From NCBI GenBank assembly GCA_934096075.1, contig CAKOLN010000003.1, positions 26,184-90,183 of the forward strand: 64,000 bases of DNA, written 5' to 3'. Shown here one piece after another: positions 19,471 to 28,820 of this stretch. Numbering within the stretch: position 1 is the first letter of the stretch; the number at the start of each line of letters is the position of its first letter. Under the pieces are notes generated by a model that was given only the letters and a program-made list of their open reading frames with translations, had not been told where the DNA came from and searched no databases. The position numbers and the translations under genes are program-made. The DNA comes from an uncultured Bacilli bacterium. Its GTDB lineage: Bacteria; Bacillota_I; Bacilli_A; RF39; UBA660.

Positions 19471-21120
19471 ATGAAAGACAACATAATAATTGATGTAACT
19501 GGTTATGATAAAGTATTATTTAAAGAAGGCGGTACTCTAGAAGAACTATTAAAAAAAATAGATGCTCCTAAAAACATAATCGCAGGTATAATAAACAATG
19601 AAATATTAGAATTAAATTATAAACTTAAAGAAGACACTACTATAAAACTAATTACTACTAATGATAGACAAGGTTCAAAAATATACATAAATGGTTTAAA
19701 GTTTTTATACATAACTGCTATAAAAGAATTATATGGTGCATCCACTGATGTAAGACTTAAACATAGTTTAGACAAAGGAATATATACAACTATTGATATG
19801 GAACTAAACACAAAAGTATTAGATGATATAAAAGCAAAAATGCATGAACTTGTAGAAAAAGACTTACAAATAGAAAAAATAACAACAAGTAGAAAAGAAG
19901 CTATAAAATATTTTGATTCAATAAATGAACAAGAAAAATCAAGTAACTATAAACAAATGACTAATGAAGTAGTAACTCTTTATTCATTATTAGATTACTA
20001 TAACTATTTCTTTAGTCCAATGCCTATAAGTACAGGAATACTAAAAGATTTTGATCTAACTTTAACAAAAGATAAAGCTGTAATACTAGAATACCCAGAT
20101 ACTCTAACAGGTTCAATACCAAAATATAATCATATGGAAAAAGTACTAAATGTATTTACTACATACTCATCATGGGCAAATAAACTAAATGTTAACTATG
20201 TATCAGATGTAAATAATGTAGTAATCCAAGGAAAAATAAAAGAATTTATTCAACTAAATGAAATAAAACAAAATGATGATCTAAATAAAATAGCTAATGA
20301 AATAGAAAATAACATAAAAGATATAAAACTTGTACTAATCGCAGGACCTTCTTCATCAGGTAAAACAACAACAAGTAAAAAACTATCTTTATACTTAAAA
20401 AACAAAGGAATAAATCCATTTGTAATATCTACAGATGATTACTTTAAAGATAGAAAAGATACTCCAAAGAATGAAAAAGGCGAATACGAATATGACATAC
20501 TAGAAGCATTAGATATTGATTTATTTAATGAACAAATAACTAAATTACTAAATAATGAAAAAGTAAAAATACCAACATATAACTTTATTACTGGAGAAAA
20601 AGAATTTAAAAATAAAGAAATATCTATAGAAAATAGAGACTTAATTATAATTGAAGGTATACATACTTTAAATGAAGAATTAACTAAAAGTATACCTAGA
20701 AAAAATAAGTACAAAATATATATAAGTCCATTTACTCCACTTGATTTAGATAGACATAATCATGTATCAACTGTGGACATTAGACTTATAAGAAGACTAG
20801 TAAGAGATTATAGAACAAGAGGATATGACGGAGAAGCAACCTTAAAAAATTGGCCACTTGTAAGAGCAAGTGAAGAAAAATATATATTTCCTTATCAAAA
20901 AGAAGCAGATGTCGTTTTAAATACTGCTCTAATATATGAATTAGGAATACTTAAAACATATGCAATACCAATTTTACAAGGAATAGACTACAAAAGTGAA
21001 TTTTATATAGAAGCAATAAGAATAATGAATTTCTTAAAATATTTCTTAGATATACCAGAAAGTGCATTACCAACAACAGCACTATTAAGAGAATTTGTTG
21101 GTGGAAGTTATTTTGAATAG
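19471..21120 (+). CDS. TGS-domain / uridine-kinase-family (PRK/URK) fusion nucleoside kinase
   Basis: 549 aa; N-terminal ThrRS-like TGS-type domain; central P-loop LIAGPSSSGKTTT and PRK/URK-like region. Confidence 0.6.
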   Translation: MKDNIIIDVTGYDKVLFKEGGTLEELLKKIDAPKNIIAGIINNEILELNYKLKEDTTIKLITTNDRQGSKIYINGLKFLYITAIKELYGASTDVRLKHSLDKGIYTTIDMELNTKVLDDIKAKMHELVEKDLQIEKITTSRKEAIKYFDSINEQEKSSNYKQMTNEVVTLYSLLDYYNYFFSPMPISTGILKDFDLTLTKDKAVILEYPDTLTGSIPKYNHMEKVLNVFTTYSSWANKLNVNYVSDVNNVVIQGKIKEFIQLNEIKQNDDLNKIANEIENNIKDIKLVLIAGPSSSGKTTTSKKLSLYLKNKGINPFVISTDDYFKDRKDTPKNEKGEYEYDILEALDIDLFNEQITKLLNNEKVKIPTYNFITGEKEFKNKEISIENRDLIIIEGIHTLNEELTKSIPRKNKYKIYISPFTPLDLDRHNHVSTVDIRLIRRLVRDYRTRGYDGEATLKNWPLVRASEEKYIFPYQKEADVVLNTALIYELGILKTYAIPILQGIDYKSEFYIEAIRIMNFLKYFLDIPESALPTTALLREFVGGSYFE

Positions 21121-21132
21121 GAGGAAAAGTAA

Positions 21133-22137
21133 ATGATAAGAGTAGCAATTAATGGTTTTGGGAGAATAGGAAGATGTGCACTAAGACAAATGAGTGAATT
21201 AGATAATGTAAAAGTAGTCGCAATTAATGATTTATCTGATCCACTTACACTAGCATATCTATATAAGTATGATTCAGTTCATAGAACAAATAAAGAAAAA
21301 GTTACATATGATAATGATAGCATAATAGTTAAAGATGAAGAAATTAAAATATTTAAAGAAAATGATCCAAACAATTTACCTTGGAAAGAACTAGATATTG
21401 ATGTTGTTTTAGAATGTACTGGGGTATTCACATCTAGTGAAAAATCTCAAGCACATATAAACGCAGGAGCAAAAAAAGTAATCATAAGCGCACCTTCAAA
21501 AGATGACACGAAAACAGTAGTTTATGGAGTAAATGAAAGTATTTTAAATAGTGAAGATACAATTATAAGTGCTGCTTCTTGTACAACTAATTGTCTAGGA
21601 CCAGTATTAAAATTATTAAATGATAATTACCATGTAATAAGTGGGTTCATGTCTACAGTTCATGCAATGACAAACGACCAAGAAACACTCGATATAACTC
21701 ATAAAAAGGGTATAGAAAGTAGAAGAGGCAGAGCTGCTAGTTTAAACATAGTACCAACTTCAACAGGCGCTGCATCACAAATCGGTAAAGTTATACCCGA
21801 ATTAAATGGTAAACTTGATGGCGTGGCATATCGCGTACCAGTAGGGGATGGTTCACTAATAGACTTAAATGTTTTAGTAGAAAAAAATCCTACAATAGAT
21901 GAAGTAAATAAAATGTTCAAAACTAATCAAAATAATACAATTAAAATAGTAAATGCACCTTTAGTAAGTAGTGATATTATTGGATGTACAGAAGGTGCAG
22001 TAGTTGATTCACTTTTGACAAAAGTACTAGATATGAATGACTATTCAATGATTAAAGTATCAGCATGGTATGATAATGAATGGGGTTATACTAGTCAAAT
22101 GTTAAGAACTATGGAATATTGGATGAGTCTTAAATAA
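21133..22137 (+). CDS. gap: Glyceraldehyde-3-phosphate dehydrogenase
   Basis: NAD-binding INGFGRIGR; catalytic ASCTTNCL; 334 aa. Confidence 0.92.
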   Translation: MIRVAINGFGRIGRCALRQMSELDNVKVVAINDLSDPLTLAYLYKYDSVHRTNKEKVTYDNDSIIVKDEEIKIFKENDPNNLPWKELDIDVVLECTGVFTSSEKSQAHINAGAKKVIISAPSKDDTKTVVYGVNESILNSEDTIISAASCTTNCLGPVLKLLNDNYHVISGFMSTVHAMTNDQETLDITHKKGIESRRGRAASLNIVPTSTGAASQIGKVIPELNGKLDGVAYRVPVGDGSLIDLNVLVEKNPTIDEVNKMFKTNQNNTIKIVNAPLVSSDIIGCTEGAVVDSLLTKVLDMNDYSMIKVSAWYDNEWGYTSQMLRTMEYWMSLK

Positions 22138-22205
22138 AAAAATAATAAACTTGGTTGAAAATAAACAATAAATATAATATTATTAAAGTAGGGAGGTTAA
22201 AAAAT

Positions 22206-22748
22206 ATGACTAAATTAGAAAAAGCTATGCAACAAATGTGTACACCTGGTCTATGGGAAGCAACTATTAACTTTTGTTATCAAAATTCCAATAAAAAAGA
22301 AATATATCTTTATGATGGAGAAAGTAAAGCATACAACATAATAGTAAGAACAGGAATATCACCTTACTATGTAGAAGAACTACTAACAGGAATTCAAATA
22401 CCTATTATTTATCAAAGAAAATTAAAGGAAAAAGGTATAATAGAAGGAAAAATAATAAACAAAATTAATAGGGCTTATGGAGTAGTATTAAATATTTATG
22501 ATAAACCATTTTCAACTAATACCAATTATGAATTTCAACATCAAAATAATACTAATGAATTTTATGGACCATTTAATAAATACTATTCTCTAGATAAAAG
22601 TAAAACGTTAGTTAACAAATATCAAGAGTTGCATCCAGATTATAATGAATTTAAATTAGAATTAGAAGAATATTTAGATAAAACAATAACTGAAATGAAT
22701 GAATACATTAGAAGAGAGCAAATAATAAGATTAAACTTAAAAAAGTAA
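22206..22748 (+). CDS. Hypothetical protein inserted between gap and pgk
   Basis: 180 aa from the ATG at 22206, preceded by GGGAGG; the ORF track extends to 22155. No recognisable domain. Confidence 0.5.
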   Translation: MTKLEKAMQQMCTPGLWEATINFCYQNSNKKEIYLYDGESKAYNIIVRTGISPYYVEELLTGIQIPIIYQRKLKEKGIIEGKIINKINRAYGVVLNIYDKPFSTNTNYEFQHQNNTNEFYGPFNKYYSLDKSKTLVNKYQELHPDYNEFKLELEEYLDKTITEMNEYIRREQIIRLNLKK

Positions 22749-22820
22749 AGAAAGTGTTAAAAACTTTCTTTTTTCTTTTATTAACAAAAAATTATGTATA
22801 TAATAAAATTGGTGATATAT

Positions 22821-23960
22821 ATGAGAAAACTAAAAAATATCAAAGTAGAAAATAAAAAAGTATTAGTAAGAGTAGACTATAATGTACCAATTAAAAATGG
22901 TTTAGTCTTAGATAACAATAGAATAATACAAAGCATTGAAACAATAAATTACTTGATTGAACATAATGCTAAAATAATACTTATGTCTCACATGGGAAAA
23001 GTAAAAAAAGTAGAAGATAAAATGTTAAATACTTTAAAACCAGTAAAAATAGAATTAGAAAGAATATTAAATAGAAAAATTTATTTTGCTGAAGAATTAA
23101 AAGGAAAAGCATTAGAATCTCAAATTAACTCTCTTAAACCAGGAGAAATCTTACTAATGGAAAACACCAGATACATGGATGTTCCAGATAACTTAGAAAG
23201 TAGTTGTGATGAAGAACTTTCTAAATACTGGGCTAGTCTAGGAGATGTATTTATTCTAGATGCCTTTGGTTCATGTCATAGAAATCATGCATCTACTTAT
23301 GGAATAAGTAAGTACTTACCACATGCTATAGGTTTCTTAATAGAAAGAGAATTAAAAGAATTAAATAAAATAAAAAAAGATAAAAAAACTTTCATACTAG
23401 GTGGATCTAAAGTTAGTGATAAAATAGGCATAATAAAAAATCTAATGGACAACACCGACAAATTCTTAATTGGAGGTGCTATGTGTGCAACATTCCTAAC
23501 TGCGAATGGTAATCCAGTAGGAAGTACTTTTGTAGAAACTGATAAAATAACAGAATGTAAAAATCTTTTAAAAACAGGAAAAATAATAATTCCAATAGAC
23601 TATGTAACAGAAAATGGAGTAAAAAAATTAAATGATATATTTAATGATGAACACATACTAGATATTGGACCTAAAACAATAGAACTATTCAAAAATAGAA
23701 TTGATATAAATACCCTTATAGTATTAAACGGAACACTAGGTAAATATGAAGAAGATGCATATCAAAATGGTACAAAAGAAATATTTAATTATCTAAAAGA
23801 AAACATAGTAAAAACAGTAGTGCTTGGTGGAGATACATCATCTGCTGCAAAAAAATATAACTTTAATGCATCATACATTTCAACTGGAGGAGGAGCAAGC
23901 CTAGAATATCTAGAAGGTAAAGAATTTGAAACACTAAAAATAATGGAGGAATCCAAATGA
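22821..23960 (+). CDS. pgk: Phosphoglycerate kinase
   Basis: N-terminus MRKLKNIKVENKKVLVRVDYNVP; C-terminal GGGAS; the upstream ORF-track extension is unlikely. Confidence 0.9.
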   Translation: MRKLKNIKVENKKVLVRVDYNVPIKNGLVLDNNRIIQSIETINYLIEHNAKIILMSHMGKVKKVEDKMLNTLKPVKIELERILNRKIYFAEELKGKALESQINSLKPGEILLMENTRYMDVPDNLESSCDEELSKYWASLGDVFILDAFGSCHRNHASTYGISKYLPHAIGFLIERELKELNKIKKDKKTFILGGSKVSDKIGIIKNLMDNTDKFLIGGAMCATFLTANGNPVGSTFVETDKITECKNLLKTGKIIIPIDYVTENGVKKLNDIFNDEHILDIGPKTIELFKNRIDINTLIVLNGTLGKYEEDAYQNGTKEIFNYLKENIVKTVVLGGDTSSAAKKYNFNASYISTGGGASLEYLEGKEFETLKIMEESK

Positions 23961-24649
23961 AAACAATAGTACTGAATCATAAAAGTTACCTAAGTTATAA
24001 TGAAATAAATAAATATAAAGAAAAAATAAATAACATCCAAACTAAAAATATTAACCTAGTATTAATGCCTAACTTAGCATATCTATCATTATTTAAAGAT
24101 TCTAAAATTAAAATAGGTGCCCAAAATTTCTATAGTTATAACTATGGTTCATACACTGGTGAAATACCTCTTGAAATATTAAAAAGTCTAAACATAAATT
24201 ACACCCTAGTAGGCCATCCAGAAAGAATCACCTTAAAATTAGACACATATGAAGAAATAAAAGAAAAACTATATAGAAGCCTTAACTCAGGTTTCAAAAC
24301 TATTCTTTGTATAGGACATGATGAAAAACTAAGTACAATAAAAAAAGAATTAAAATATTACATAAAATCCTCAGACTATATAGACATAAAAAACTTAATA
24401 ATCGCATATGAACCAATATCTAAAATAGAAAATGAAGAAGCTAACTTAAAAGACATAGAATATTTAAATAAATATATAAAAGAATACTTCATGTATGAAT
24501 TTGAAGAAGAAATAGAATTTTTCTATGGAGGTTCAGTTAATAAAGAAAACATAAATGAAATTCTTAACATAACAGATGGTGTTATAATAGGAAAACTTAG
24601 TACTGACATAAACTCAGTTAAAGAAATAATAGAAAATATAACAAAATAA
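23957..24649 (+). CDS. tpiA: Triosephosphate isomerase, highly divergent (TIM-like)
   Basis: 230 aa; alignable to TIM: K near the N-terminus (NHKSY), catalytic His (GHPERI versus GHSERR), catalytic Glu (AYEP), and YGGSV. However, the loop-6 AIGTG is replaced by SKIENEE and the GGAS phosphate loop by GKLS. ATGA overlap with pgk. Confidence 0.65.
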   Translation: MKTIVLNHKSYLSYNEINKYKEKINNIQTKNINLVLMPNLAYLSLFKDSKIKIGAQNFYSYNYGSYTGEIPLEILKSLNINYTLVGHPERITLKLDTYEEIKEKLYRSLNSGFKTILCIGHDEKLSTIKKELKYYIKSSDYIDIKNLIIAYEPISKIENEEANLKDIEYLNKYIKEYFMYEFEEEIEFFYGGSVNKENINEILNITDGVIIGKLSTDINSVKEIIENITK

Positions 24650-24767
24650 AAACTATAAATACATTTCATGACACAAATCGTCATTATTAGACATAACTAG
24701 ACCTTTTTCGCTATGGATTTATGTATAATAAATTTATATAATAAAGACAGTGTTAAAGGAGAAATAA

Positions 24768-25532
24768 ATGAAAAAGAAAATAATGATTGTGGATGATAAC
24801 AAGGCCTTAGTAGGTATGTTAAAAGAGTTTATAAATAATACTAATGACTTAACATTATTAAAAGAAGCATATAATGGTGGAGAAGCATGGGAATATATAA
24901 AAGATAATTATAGTGAAATAGATGCTTTAATATTGGACTTAGTAATGCCAGAAAAAGATGGAATGTATTTATTAGACAAATTAAAAGAAAACAAAATAAA
25001 TTTAAAAATATTAGTATTAACAAGTTACAACGAACAAGAAACAATAAGAAATGTAAGTGAATATGGAGTAAAATATTTCATGCTAAAACCATTTGACTTA
25101 CAAGAATTACATAAAAGAATACAAGATATAACAAATCCTAAAGCAAAAGAAGCAAAAATAATAAATGTAGAAAAGAATAATACTCAAGCAATGATAACTA
25201 AACTCTTACATGAACTAGGAATACCATCACATATTAAAGGCTATCAATACATAAGAGAAGCCATCAATATGGTATATGATGATCCTAAACTTATAGGAGG
25301 CATAACTAAAGAATTATATCCAGAGATAAGCACTAAATATGGTCAATCAGTAACTCGAGTAGAAAGAGCAATTAGACACGCTATTGAAGTGAGTTGGAAT
25401 CGTGGAGATTGGGACTTAATGGAAGAAATCTTTGGACACTCAGTTGATATAGATCGAGCAAAACCTACAAACTCAGAATTTATAGTAACAATCGCAGACA
25501 AACTAAGATTAGATATGCTAAAAATACATTAA
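24768..25532 (+). CDS. spo0A: Sporulation master regulator Spo0A (REC plus Spo0A_C DNA-binding domain)
   Basis: 254 aa; receiver domain (DDN...D, LDLVMP); C-terminal Spo0A signature HIKGYQYIREAI...ISTKYGQSVTRVERAIRHAIEVSWNRGD...EFIVTIADKL. Confidence 0.9.
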   Translation: MKKKIMIVDDNKALVGMLKEFINNTNDLTLLKEAYNGGEAWEYIKDNYSEIDALILDLVMPEKDGMYLLDKLKENKINLKILVLTSYNEQETIRNVSEYGVKYFMLKPFDLQELHKRIQDITNPKAKEAKIINVEKNNTQAMITKLLHELGIPSHIKGYQYIREAINMVYDDPKLIGGITKELYPEISTKYGQSVTRVERAIRHAIEVSWNRGDWDLMEEIFGHSVDIDRAKPTNSEFIVTIADKLRLDMLKIH

Positions 25533-25584
25533 TTCTTTAAATTAAAAAAGAAATGTGCTAGAATGTATCTAGGTGATAAAAATA

Positions 25585-27093
25585 ATGAAAAAAGTAATAT
25601 TATTAATACTAGATGGATTTGGAATAAACAACAGTGAATATGGAAATGCAATAAAACAAGCAAGAACACCTGTAATAGATAAACTTCTAACAGTTTTTCC
25701 ACATGCACAATTAGCGGCTTCAGGAATAGAAGTTGGACTTCCAAAAGGACAAATGGGAAATAGTGAAGTTGGACACATGACTATAGGTAGTGGTAGAATT
25801 AATCCACAACCATTAACATACATAAATGATAAAATAAAAAGTAAAGAGTTTTTTGATAATGAAGTACTAAAAAATACAATGAACTTTGTAAAGGAAAATA
25901 ACTCAACACTTCACTTAATAGGACTTCTTTCTAATGGTGGAGTTCACTCAAGTATAAATCATTTCTATGCAGCTCTAGCAATGGCTAAACTAGAACATGT
26001 AGAAAAAGTGGTATTTCACTTTATAACTGATGGAAGAGATACAGATCCTAAAAGTGGAGTTAAATTTGTAACGGACTTTATGGAAAAAGCAAATAAACTT
26101 AAACTAGGAGAAATAGGTACTATCTCAGGTAGATATTATGCAATGGATAGAGATAATCGTTGGGAAAGAATAAAAAAATCCTATGATGCAATGTGCTACG
26201 GATTAGGTAATTCTTTTTCAAACTATGAAAGTTGTTTTAAAGAACACTATAAAAGAGATATAACCGACGAATTTATTAATCCAAGTATACTATCAAATAA
26301 CACTATAAAAGATAATGATGCAATACTATTTATTAACTTTAGACCAGAAAGAATGAAAGAACTAATAGATGCATTTCATGATAAAAACTTTAAACCATTC
26401 AAAACAAAACAATATCAAAACTTAAAATTAACATCTTTATTTAACATACATCAAGATATTGAATATGCTTTTGATACTGAAAAACCAAAAGAAACATTTG
26501 GTGAATACATAGATGGATTAGATTATACACAAGCAAGAATAGCTGAAACAGAAAAATATGCTCATGTTACATACTTCTTTGATGGAATGGAAGAACTATC
26601 AAGTAACAAATGTGATAAAATATTAGTACCATCTCCAAGTGTACCAACATATGATATGAAACCTGAAATGAGTGTAGGAGAAGTAACAGAAAATGTTTTA
26701 AAAGCAATTGATAATGATTATGATTTCATATTAGTTAATTTTGCAAATCCAGACATGGTTGGACACACAGGTAACTTTAATGCAACTAAAGATGCTATAG
26801 AAATATGTGACTTCTGTGTAGGAAAAATATTTGAAGCAGCTAAAGAACATTTCTATGAACTAGTAATAACTGCTGACCATGGTAATGCAGAAAAAATGTT
26901 AACAAGAGATGGAACACCAATAACTAGTCACACAACAAGTCTTGTTCCTTTCATAGTATGTAATGAAGAATATAAATTAAAAGAAACAGGATCACTAAAA
27001 GATATAATACCAACAATAATAGATATATATCAAATAAAAAAACCAGACAAAATGACTGGAGAAAGTTTAATAATTAAAGAAGATTCAAAGTAG
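25585..27093 (+). CDS. gpmI: 2,3-bisphosphoglycerate-independent phosphoglycerate mutase
   Basis: Start MKKVILLILDGFG; Ser-phosphotransfer region MGNSEVGHMTIG; metal-binding ADHGNAE; AGGTGA RBS. Confidence 0.9.
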   Translation: MKKVILLILDGFGINNSEYGNAIKQARTPVIDKLLTVFPHAQLAASGIEVGLPKGQMGNSEVGHMTIGSGRINPQPLTYINDKIKSKEFFDNEVLKNTMNFVKENNSTLHLIGLLSNGGVHSSINHFYAALAMAKLEHVEKVVFHFITDGRDTDPKSGVKFVTDFMEKANKLKLGEIGTISGRYYAMDRDNRWERIKKSYDAMCYGLGNSFSNYESCFKEHYKRDITDEFINPSILSNNTIKDNDAILFINFRPERMKELIDAFHDKNFKPFKTKQYQNLKLTSLFNIHQDIEYAFDTEKPKETFGEYIDGLDYTQARIAETEKYAHVTYFFDGMEELSSNKCDKILVPSPSVPTYDMKPEMSVGEVTENVLKAIDNDYDFILVNFANPDMVGHTGNFNATKDAIEICDFCVGKIFEAAKEHFYELVITADHGNAEKMLTRDGTPITSHTTSLVPFIVCNEEYKLKETGSLKDIIPTIIDIYQIKKPDKMTGESLIIKEDSK

Positions 27094-27163
27094 TCTTCTT
27101 TTTTATAATACTTTTTGATAAAATAAAATTATCACAAATTAACAAAAGATGAGGAGTTTAGCT

Positions 27164-28033
27164 ATGAAATACTATATAGAATTACAGGGAACTTGTTGGT
27201 TAGTTCAATACTTAAATTATATTAATAAAGATTATGATAAAGACAGTTTTTTTAAATATCTAGCACTAAATAGATTTTTAAGATACGAAAAGGCAATAAA
27301 ACTTGTTAATAACAAAGAACTTATTAACACTAAAGAATACTTATTAGAAACATTATTAACATTTGAAGGAAGTTTATTTGATATTGAAGATATATTAAAC
27401 TATAAAATAAATTGGGATTTAAAAAATGATATTAAACTAGAAGATATAATGTTAATGAATGAAAAAGTATTGATGTTTTTATTAGAAATGTATGATAACA
27501 ATATAGACTTGAGTAACAAGATTTTTGAAAAGTTAAATAAAACATTTGGTAATTTAAAATTTGAAAAAAATAAAAAAAACACACTTAATATAGTGATAAG
27601 TAATCCAAAATTAGAATACAAAAAAATAAATCTAATTAACAGTGAAAACCTATATCATACTCAGAAAAGTTTTTATAATGTACAAAATGTTAATGAAATA
27701 ATAGATAGAGAATTGACAAAAAACAAAAAGGTTTTAGTTTCAATAGATATAGCTAAATCAGTAACAGACATAAACAAAATTATATATCCGAAAGGAATAA
27801 AAAAGGATACTTTAAATAAATTTATATCTATAGATAATCACTATTACATATTAACTGAAAAAATAACTCTAAATAATGAAACATATTATAAAGCATTCAC
27901 TGGATATCAAAATGATGAATATGCATTAATTTCAAATAAATATTTGAAAGAGTTTCTAAATCATATAATATGTGATAAAATAACAATTAAAGAAGAAACA
28001 ACACTAGATTTTTATAAATATATGGAGGAATAA
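27164..28033 (+). CDS. Hypothetical protein
   Basis: 289 aa from the ATG after the GAGGAG RBS; no motifs recognised. Confidence 0.45.
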   Translation: MKYYIELQGTCWLVQYLNYINKDYDKDSFFKYLALNRFLRYEKAIKLVNNKELINTKEYLLETLLTFEGSLFDIEDILNYKINWDLKNDIKLEDIMLMNEKVLMFLLEMYDNNIDLSNKIFEKLNKTFGNLKFEKNKKNTLNIVISNPKLEYKKINLINSENLYHTQKSFYNVQNVNEIIDRELTKNKKVLVSIDIAKSVTDINKIIYPKGIKKDTLNKFISIDNHYYILTEKITLNNETYYKAFTGYQNDEYALISNKYLKEFLNHIICDKITIKEETTLDFYKYMEE

Positions 28034-28034
28034 A

Positions 28035-28820
28035 ATGCAAGAAATATCAAAATCAAATGAAAAAGTAAAAGAATTAAAAAACTTAAAAAATAAGGGAAAA
28101 AACAATTTAATGGTAGTAGAAGGTTTAGATGTAATTAAAGAAGCAATAAACTATAATGCTGAAATAATGAGTGTGTTTTATAATGAAGAAACATTAAGAG
28201 ATGAGGCACTAGAATTATTAAATGAATGTAAAAAAAGAGCAAAAGAAGTATATAGAATTTCGCTTAAAACATTTGAATCATTAAAAGAAAAAGAAAATGC
28301 AATACCTATCATAATTGTTGTTAAATATAAAGAATTAACATTAAAAGATATAGACAAAAATAAACATAAATTAATAATAGTAAATGATAGAATAGAATTA
28401 CCAGGTAACTTAGGAACTATATATAGAAGTGCATATGCAAGTGGAGTAGACCTAATAATAAATGTTAATCCTGTAACAACAATATACAAAGAAAAATTCT
28501 TGGCCAGTTCAAGAGGAACGATATTCAGTATTCCTACTATAAATACTACATATGAAGAAGCCCAAAAATCACTTTTAGAATTAGGCTATGATATATGTCT
28601 TTGTGAACCAGTTGAAGGAACATCATATAATGAATTTGACTATCAAGAAAATACAGCATTAGTAATAGGAAATGAAAGATTTGGAATTAATAAAGAATGG
28701 TACAATAACAAAAATAGTAAAGTATTTATACCAATGAAAGAAGGTATTAATTCAATAAATGTTTCAGTCGCAGGCTCAATAATAATGTTTGATGCTGGTA
28801 TAAAAATGAGGAAAATATGA
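28035..28820 (+). CDS. TrmH/SpoU-family RNA 2'-O-methyltransferase (RlmB-like)
   Basis: 261 aa; SPOUT motifs (LVIGNERFGI, SINVSVAGSI); stop overlaps the start of the downstream radical-SAM gene (ATGA). Confidence 0.7.
   Translation: MQEISKSNEKVKELKNLKNKGKNNLMVVEGLDVIKEAINYNAEIMSVFYNEETLRDEALELLNECKKRAKEVYRISLKTFESLKEKENAIPIIIVVKYKELTLKDIDKNKHKLIIVNDRIELPGNLGTIYRSAYASGVDLIINVNPVTTIYKEKFLASSRGTIFSIPTINTTYEEAQKSLLELGYDICLCEPVEGTSYNEFDYQENTALVIGNERFGINKEWYNNKNSKVFIPMKEGINSINVSVAGSIIMFDAGIKMRKI

Noticed and set aside
22794-22820. Upstream extension of pgk (MYIIKLVIY...) and similar track extensions (30183 for the ligase, 48503 for ctpA, 38062 for rpsC, 42330 for rpsE, 39634 for rplN, 34901 for rplC, 59581 for xfp)
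   Set aside because: Conserved protein N-termini and well-placed Shine-Dalgarno sequences support the internal ATG starts. The extensions add non-conserved residues.
24690-24720. Spo0A 0A-box autoregulation site upstream of spo0A
   Set aside because: Only a one-mismatch half-site (ttcgcta) and a loose tgaca...cgtca pseudo-palindrome were found. This is too weak to call without comparative data.
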